Positions 58,708 through 64,000 of a DNA stretch of 64,000 nt are shown piece by piece; the stretch's first letter is position 1, and the number at the start of each line of letters is the position of its first letter. Made by a program: the position numbers and the translations under genes. The notes beneath the pieces are model-generated. The model saw only the letters and a program-made list of their open reading frames with translations, was not told the origin of the DNA and did not search any database. The stretch comes from Candidatus Wolfebacteria bacterium GW2011_GWE2_44_13 (GTDB lineage: Bacteria; Patescibacteriota; Minisyncoccia; UBA6257; UBA9933), in NCBI GenBank assembly GCA_001000675.1, contig LCHW01000001.1:360875-424874 (forward strand), given 5' to 3'.

Positions 58708-61257
58708 ATGTTTGATTTTTTGAAAAATATTTTTGGTAAATATGATTTTGATCCGCTCATTGCGGAGATAAACAATTGGGAAGGGGATATGAAGCAGCTT
58801 TCTGCTGAGGAGCTTAAGGAACGAAGTGCTACATTGCGCGATCGCGTTATCAATCAGCAAGTTCCTTTGGATGATGTTATGGCAGAAGCCTTTGCCCTCA
58901 TCCGCGAAGCATCGCGAAGAACGCTTAACCAGCGTCATTTTGACGTACAGTTGATTGGCGGCATCGTATTGCATCAAGGCAAGATTGCCGAGATGCGCAC
59001 GGGAGAAGGTAAGACACTTACGGCAACTGCCCCAGTGTACTTAAATGCATTGACGGGTAAGGGTGTGCACGTAGTTACGGTAAACGATTATTTGGCACGA
59101 CGTGACGCAGTGTGGATGGGGCAAATTTATCATGCACTCGGGGCAACAGTTGGTTGTCTTACCCATGATGCTGCGTTTATCTATGACCCATCGTTTATTG
59201 CTCCTAAAGCAGAACTTGCTGAAGCGGAGCAAGTAGCGGACGAAGCACGAGATACACTGGGCAGCTTTAAGGTTGAACAGGAATTTTTGCGACCCGTTTC
59301 CCGAAAAGAAGCATATCAGGTTGATATTTTGTATGGTACTAACCATGAGTTTGGTTTTGACTATTTGCGCGATAATCTTGCCTATCGAGCCGAGGACCAA
59401 GTGCAGCGAGGTAATCATTACGCCATCATTGATGAAATTGACAGCATCTTAATTGACGAAGCTCGTACGCCGTTGATTATTGCTGCGCCTGATTCTGAAT
59501 CCAGCGAGCACTATAAGATTTTTGCACGTATCGCAACGATGCTTTCTAAGGACGACTACGAAGTTGATGAAAAAGCGCGTAGCGTTTCCATTAACGATAG
59601 CGGTATTTCGAAGGTAGAAACCGCTCTTTCGATTAAGAATATTTATAATCCGGAAAATTTTCAGTTGGTCCATTATCTTGAAGAATCCCTTAAGGCGCAG
59701 GTATTGTTCCATAAGGATAAACAGTATGTTGTAAAAGGAGGGGAGATTATTATTGTGGATGAGTTTACGGGCCGCATGATGCCAGGGCGTCGTTATTCGG
59801 GTGGGTTGCATCAAGCAATCGAAGCAAAGGAAGGAGTACAAATTCAACAAGAGTCAAAAACATACGCACAAATTACATTGCAGAATTATTTCCGCTTGTA
59901 TGAGCGTATTGGAGGCATGACTGGAACGGCACAAACATCCGCAGAAGAATTTCACAAGGTATATAATCTTGAGGTGGTAAGTATTCCAACCAATAAGCCA
60001 CCGATGCGTAAAGATATTAGTGATGTTATTTTTAAGACAAAGGCGGAAAAATATCGCGCAGTTGTTGATGATATTAAGCAGCGCTACGACGAAGGACAAC
60101 CAGTGTTAGTGGGTACCGCTTCAATTGAGCATAATGAGCTTGTTTCGCATTTATTACACCAAGCGCATATTCCGCACCAAGTGTTGAATGCAAAAAATCA
60201 TGAACGCGAGGGTGAAATTATCGCACAGGCAGGTAAGCGAAAAGCTGTTACCGTGGCTACGAACATGGCGGGGCGTGGTGTGGACATTATTTTGGGCGGT
60301 AATCCGCCAACGATTGAAGAAGGGGAGCAGGTACGTTCATTAGGTGGATTGCATGTTATTGGTACGGATCGCCATGAAGCGCGTCGCATTGATAACCAGC
60401 TCCAGGGACGTGCAGGGCGCCAAGGAGATCCGGGTTCTTCCCATTTCTATCTTTCCCTTGAGGATGATTTGTTGCGCATTTTTGGCGGCGACCGAGTGAA
60501 AAGTTTTATGGAGACATTGAATTTCCCCGAAGGAGAGCCTATTGAATCTAAGATAATATCAAAGGTTGTAAATGAAGCACAAAAGAAGGTTGAAGGCCTA
60601 AATTTCGATGCGCGTAAGCATTTGCTCGAGTATGATGATGTACTTAACAAACAGCGAACGTTGCTCTACAGACAGCGACAGGAGGTCTTAAATGGCAATG
60701 CAAAGAATGCCGTTGTTACGATTATTGGAAAAATACACGATCTTCTTGCTGCACAAGCTATCGAACGCCCAGCGCTTGAAGAAATATTGATAAACGCAGA
60801 AATCGTTACTGCTGACGAGATTAAAACGGTGGATACACTTAAAGAGTTTTTGGATGCAAAAATTAAGGCACTTACTGAGCCGGCAGGAGAGGTTGAAGTA
60901 CGTATGCGACTATTAGCAATCATTGATCGGTTGTGGATGGGCCATCTTGAAAATCTTGAAGACTTGCGTGAGTCGGTTCGTATGCGCGCCTACGCACAGC
61001 ATGACCCGCTTGTGGAATATCGTCGTGAGAGCTATCACTTGTTCCAAGACATGCTTCGTAATTACGAAGATTGGGTATTCTTTAATATTTGGAAGTTATT
61101 ACCACAGCTTGTTGCGGCTGCAGAAACTCCTGTTGTTACCTTGCAACCTTCGGTTGCACAAAGTATGGCAGGTAAGATTGGGCGCAATGACCCTTGTTAT
61201 TGTGGGAGTGGAGAGAAATATAAACGATGTCATGGGAAGGATTTGCATACGGCATAA
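58708..61257 (+). CDS. secA: preprotein translocase SecA
   Basis: MRTGEGKT, DEIDSILIDEARTPLII, ATNMAGRG, SEC-C GRNDPCYCGSG. Confidence 0.98.
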   Translation: MFDFLKNIFGKYDFDPLIAEINNWEGDMKQLSAEELKERSATLRDRVINQQVPLDDVMAEAFALIREASRRTLNQRHFDVQLIGGIVLHQGKIAEMRTGEGKTLTATAPVYLNALTGKGVHVVTVNDYLARRDAVWMGQIYHALGATVGCLTHDAAFIYDPSFIAPKAELAEAEQVADEARDTLGSFKVEQEFLRPVSRKEAYQVDILYGTNHEFGFDYLRDNLAYRAEDQVQRGNHYAIIDEIDSILIDEARTPLIIAAPDSESSEHYKIFARIATMLSKDDYEVDEKARSVSINDSGISKVETALSIKNIYNPENFQLVHYLEESLKAQVLFHKDKQYVVKGGEIIIVDEFTGRMMPGRRYSGGLHQAIEAKEGVQIQQESKTYAQITLQNYFRLYERIGGMTGTAQTSAEEFHKVYNLEVVSIPTNKPPMRKDISDVIFKTKAEKYRAVVDDIKQRYDEGQPVLVGTASIEHNELVSHLLHQAHIPHQVLNAKNHEREGEIIAQAGKRKAVTVATNMAGRGVDIILGGNPPTIEEGEQVRSLGGLHVIGTDRHEARRIDNQLQGRAGRQGDPGSSHFYLSLEDDLLRIFGGDRVKSFMETLNFPEGEPIESKIISKVVNEAQKKVEGLNFDARKHLLEYDDVLNKQRTLLYRQRQEVLNGNAKNAVVTIIGKIHDLLAAQAIERPALEEILINAEIVTADEIKTVDTLKEFLDAKIKALTEPAGEVEVRMRLLAIIDRLWMGHLENLEDLRESVRMRAYAQHDPLVEYRRESYHLFQDMLRNYEDWVFFNIWKLLPQLVAAAETPVVTLQPSVAQSMAGKIGRNDPCYCGSGEKYKRCHGKDLHTA

Positions 61258-61311
61258 ACAAAAAATCGGTTCGCTAACCAGTGGGCCGATTTTTTTGTTA
61301 TACTGCAGTAT

Positions 61312-61926
61312 ATGGATTTGCGGGAGACCTATAATCGAATAGCAGAGGATTGGCATGCTGACCATCAGAATGACGATTGGCATGCCTGCGGTACAGATAC
61401 ACTTCTGCCTTTTTTAAAGGCAGGAGGCTCTGTGCTCGATGTTGGATGTGGAGGCGGTATGAAATCCCGCTATTTTGTTAAAAAGGGATTCCACGTTGTG
61501 GGTATCGATTTTTCTGAGAACATGATTGCGATTGCCAAGCGAGAAGTACCGAGCGGTGAGTTTTATGCGCTTGACTTGCATAAAGCGGGTACGCTTGACC
61601 GCATGTTTGATTGTATTTTTATGCAAGCAGTGTTGCTGCACGTTCCAAGGCAGAAGGCGGGGGATGTTATTAAAGCGATGAAAGATCTTTTAAACATAGG
61701 CGGGTATATGTATATTGCGGTTAAGGATAAAAAGCCAGGAAGAGGCGAGGAGGAAATAAAGAAAGAAGATAATTATGGCTACGCGTATGAGCGATTTTTT
61801 AGCTACTTTAGCTTGGATGAAATAAAGATGTACATGCAGCAAGCAGGACTTGAAATTGTAGTTGAAAAAGTAACTCCGGCTGGTAATACTCGCTGGATTG
61901 AGGTAATTGGGAAGAGATTAAGTTGA
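61312..61926 (+). CDS. class I SAM-dependent methyltransferase
   Basis: VLDVGCGGG, GIDFS, AVLLH. Confidence 0.9.
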   Translation: MDLRETYNRIAEDWHADHQNDDWHACGTDTLLPFLKAGGSVLDVGCGGGMKSRYFVKKGFHVVGIDFSENMIAIAKREVPSGEFYALDLHKAGTLDRMFDCIFMQAVLLHVPRQKAGDVIKAMKDLLNIGGYMYIAVKDKKPGRGEEEIKKEDNYGYAYERFFSYFSLDEIKMYMQQAGLEIVVEKVTPAGNTRWIEVIGKRLS

Positions 61927-62127
61927 TTATAATATAAACCCGAATTTTGAATGCGATTTATAGTAACAATGCTGGCGGTTGTGGGCTATATTGGAACTTT
62001 TTAGTAAAAGTTGACAGTATATTATGGTGCGTTGTATAAGTTAATTAGAACAAGCGGCAATCCTGGAAGTTTTTGCATGGTGCAAAAATGATGAGGGTAC
62101 GCCATAACAAAAAAGGAGAGAGACGCC

Positions 62128-62595
62128 ATGGGAAGAAAAGATGGTAACGCCTCGGAAGAAGGAAGTACTGGCCTTTTGGTGGAGCTTATCGCTGCCGTAG
62201 TGAAAGCTATCCCTCGGGACTTAGGCAGGGAAGCGATGAAGTTCTGGACAGAAGGAGAAGGGCGGCAAAGATTAAGAAGTTTTCTTAGCCTCCTCGGGCA
62301 TGCCGATTATCCGATCGGTAGATGCATTATTGAACTTGAAGGCGAGGCGCATCATGACAAGCAGGAGGTCTTTAAGCAGGTATTAGGGCCTACAACATTT
62401 GAGGGGGCAGAGAGATGGTTACATGAAAATGGATTTACTAAATTTGCTGCCAATTTCTATACCCTCAATGGCAAGAATTACCTATGGCACCACGGGATTA
62501 CTCGGTCTGAGCCGGCTGCTGATGTGGTCTATGCAAGGGTAATATTTCCAGAGGACATGGGGTATTATCGGATCTCCTCGAACGAACTCCCTTAA
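62128..62595 (+). CDS. orphan protein (solo gene)
   Basis: AAAGGAG SD; TTGACA-18-TATAAG; terminator 62602-62631. Confidence 0.72.
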   Translation: MGRKDGNASEEGSTGLLVELIAAVVKAIPRDLGREAMKFWTEGEGRQRLRSFLSLLGHADYPIGRCIIELEGEAHHDKQEVFKQVLGPTTFEGAERWLHENGFTKFAANFYTLNGKNYLWHHGITRSEPAADVVYARVIFPEDMGYYRISSNELP

Positions 62596-62739
62596 CCGGG
62601 TAAAGCCGTCGACTTCGGTCGGCGGCTTTTTAAAAAGCATGGCGGTTAGGGATTCGAACCTTACATAGCTTTAAATATTATGGGGTAGTTTGATTTTAAA
62701 GTATCTGTGTGGGCGGAAGCGTGGTATACTGAAAAAATA

Positions 62740-63858
62740 ATGTTTGAGCCAACACGCACAAACCAATGGAAATTTTTCTTGCATGCGCATACGGCATGGG
62801 AAAGTATGCTAGAAGATTGTCGCAATGCACGAGTTTCTATTGATATGGAGCAGTATATTTTTGTACCTGATACAATTGGAAAACAATTTATCGCTATTTT
62901 GGAACAAAAGGTGCGGGAAGGTGTTCGGGTCCGTTTGCTTTGCGACGCAGCAGGAAGTTATACGCTGTACAAGTCTGCCTACGCGAAACAGCTTATTGTA
63001 CAGGGAGCTGAAATTTTATTTTTTAATCCTATTAGTCCGTGGCGAATTAATAACTATACCTCATGGTTTTTTCGTGACCATCGTAAGGTGCTTGTCGTCG
63101 ATTCTCATATTGGACATATCGGTGGGGTGGGCGTGTACCAACAAATGCACGATTGGCGTGATACCAATGTGCGTATTGAGGGATCGATTGTGCATGAATT
63201 GAGTGCTGTGTTTGACCAAATGTGGAATAGGACGAAAGAAGGAAAGTTTTTCCGATTTAGTGCGCCATTTTTTAATGCAGAGCTTCGCAATAGTAAGCCG
63301 CAAGGGCTTACTAAGTATTTCTATTTTCTTACTAATTCGCCTCGGTTTCATCAACGGTTTATTTATCATAGCTTAATCGATGCGATTAGAAGTGCACGCA
63401 GACACATATATCTTACGACCCCTTACTTTGTTCCAGATTTACGTTTGCTTCGCGTGTTGCGCCTTGCGGTTCGCAGAGGTGTCGATGTGCGCTTGGTTGT
63501 TCCTAAGACGTCAAATCATGCTATTGTTGATTTTGCTGCGCGATCGTATTTTGGAATCATATTGCGTGCTGGCGTGCGAATATTTTTGTATCATGATCGC
63601 ATGATGCACGCGAAGACGGTTGTTATTGATGACGACTGGGCCTCGGTGGGAAGCGCAAATTTGGACAGCTTAAGTTTGTTGCTTAATTACGAAGCGAATC
63701 TTGTTTGCACAAACCGTTCGTTTGTAAATGAATTAAAAGGACACTGTACAAGCGATATGGAATCGTGTCGAGAGATTGTGCTTTCTCAATGGAAACAGCG
63801 TTCACGACTGCAAAAAGTATTTGAAATGCTCACATGGCCGTTGCATAAGTTTTTGTAA
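62740..63858 (+). CDS. cardiolipin synthase / PLD family (ClsB-like)
   Basis: Two HKD motifs, HRKVLVVD and HAKTVVID..GSANLD. Confidence 0.9.
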   Translation: MFEPTRTNQWKFFLHAHTAWESMLEDCRNARVSIDMEQYIFVPDTIGKQFIAILEQKVREGVRVRLLCDAAGSYTLYKSAYAKQLIVQGAEILFFNPISPWRINNYTSWFFRDHRKVLVVDSHIGHIGGVGVYQQMHDWRDTNVRIEGSIVHELSAVFDQMWNRTKEGKFFRFSAPFFNAELRNSKPQGLTKYFYFLTNSPRFHQRFIYHSLIDAIRSARRHIYLTTPYFVPDLRLLRVLRLAVRRGVDVRLVVPKTSNHAIVDFAARSYFGIILRAGVRIFLYHDRMMHAKTVVIDDDWASVGSANLDSLSLLLNYEANLVCTNRSFVNELKGHCTSDMESCREIVLSQWKQRSRLQKVFEMLTWPLHKFL

Positions 63859-63912
63859 GAAAAAGGCCCCGCAGAATATGCGGGGCTATTTGTAAGGCAA
63901 CTGTGCGGGCTG

Positions 63913-64000
63913 TTAGCCGCGATTAGAGCGGGGAGTGCGAGGGGCGATGCGACGATAGAAGCCAGGGCGCTGATGTGCGCCGCTGAAACGACGGGTCACT
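63913..64000 (-). CDS. 3' end of a GC-rich, Arg-rich ORF entering from beyond the window
   Basis: Open frame ..RRFSGAHQRPGFYRRIAPRTPRSNRG* ending before the shared terminator 63865-63887. Confidence 0.35.
   Translation of the reverse strand, partial: VTRRFSGAHQRPGFYRRIAPRTPRSNRG

Noticed and set aside
1-64000. Alternative genetic code (UGA=Gly, as in Gracilibacteria/SR1)
   Set aside because: Core genes are full length in code 11, and pheS, mreB and dnaK end at TGA at the expected positions
1-64000. Prophage, integron or autonomous IS explaining the orphan genes
   Set aside because: No integrase, transposase, phage structural gene or attC-like array is recognisable in the window

Overview
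Ordinary-looking chromosome of a small-genome bacterium, very likely Patescibacteria/CPR (Parcubacteria-like). This is inferred from the short infB, pheT, proS and uvrC, tRNAs without encoded CCA, no biosynthetic operons and many orphans. Standard code 11; almost all core genes lie on the + strand. Core content: PIF1-like helicase, dinJ-yafQ TA pair, pheST, infB-rbfA, four tRNAs, proS, mreBC(D), grpE-dnaK-dnaJ, pcm, rsmE, uvrB/A/C, lemA, hpf, secA and a cardiolipin-synthase-type PLD. Non-routine signals: (1) a ~300-nt stand-alone structured RNA gene between uvrB and uvrA (minus strand, own promoter and terminator) that carries an apparent copy of the 23S rRNA L1-stalk head next to a tRNA-like T-arm; (2) two contrasting gene architectures: many core genes are near-leaderless behind TGnTAnnnT, while about 11 solitary genes, mostly orphans, have a Shine-Dalgarno site and usually their own TTGACA promoter and terminator; (3) one of those orphans fuses HTH + sigma70 region 4 + RNAP alpha-CTD; (4) a dispersed family of covarying rod-like hairpin elements, plus palindromes sitting in-frame inside uvrC and cls; (5) a hairpin that buries the dnaK start codon. 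No database searches or folding programs were run; family calls come from motifs read by eye.
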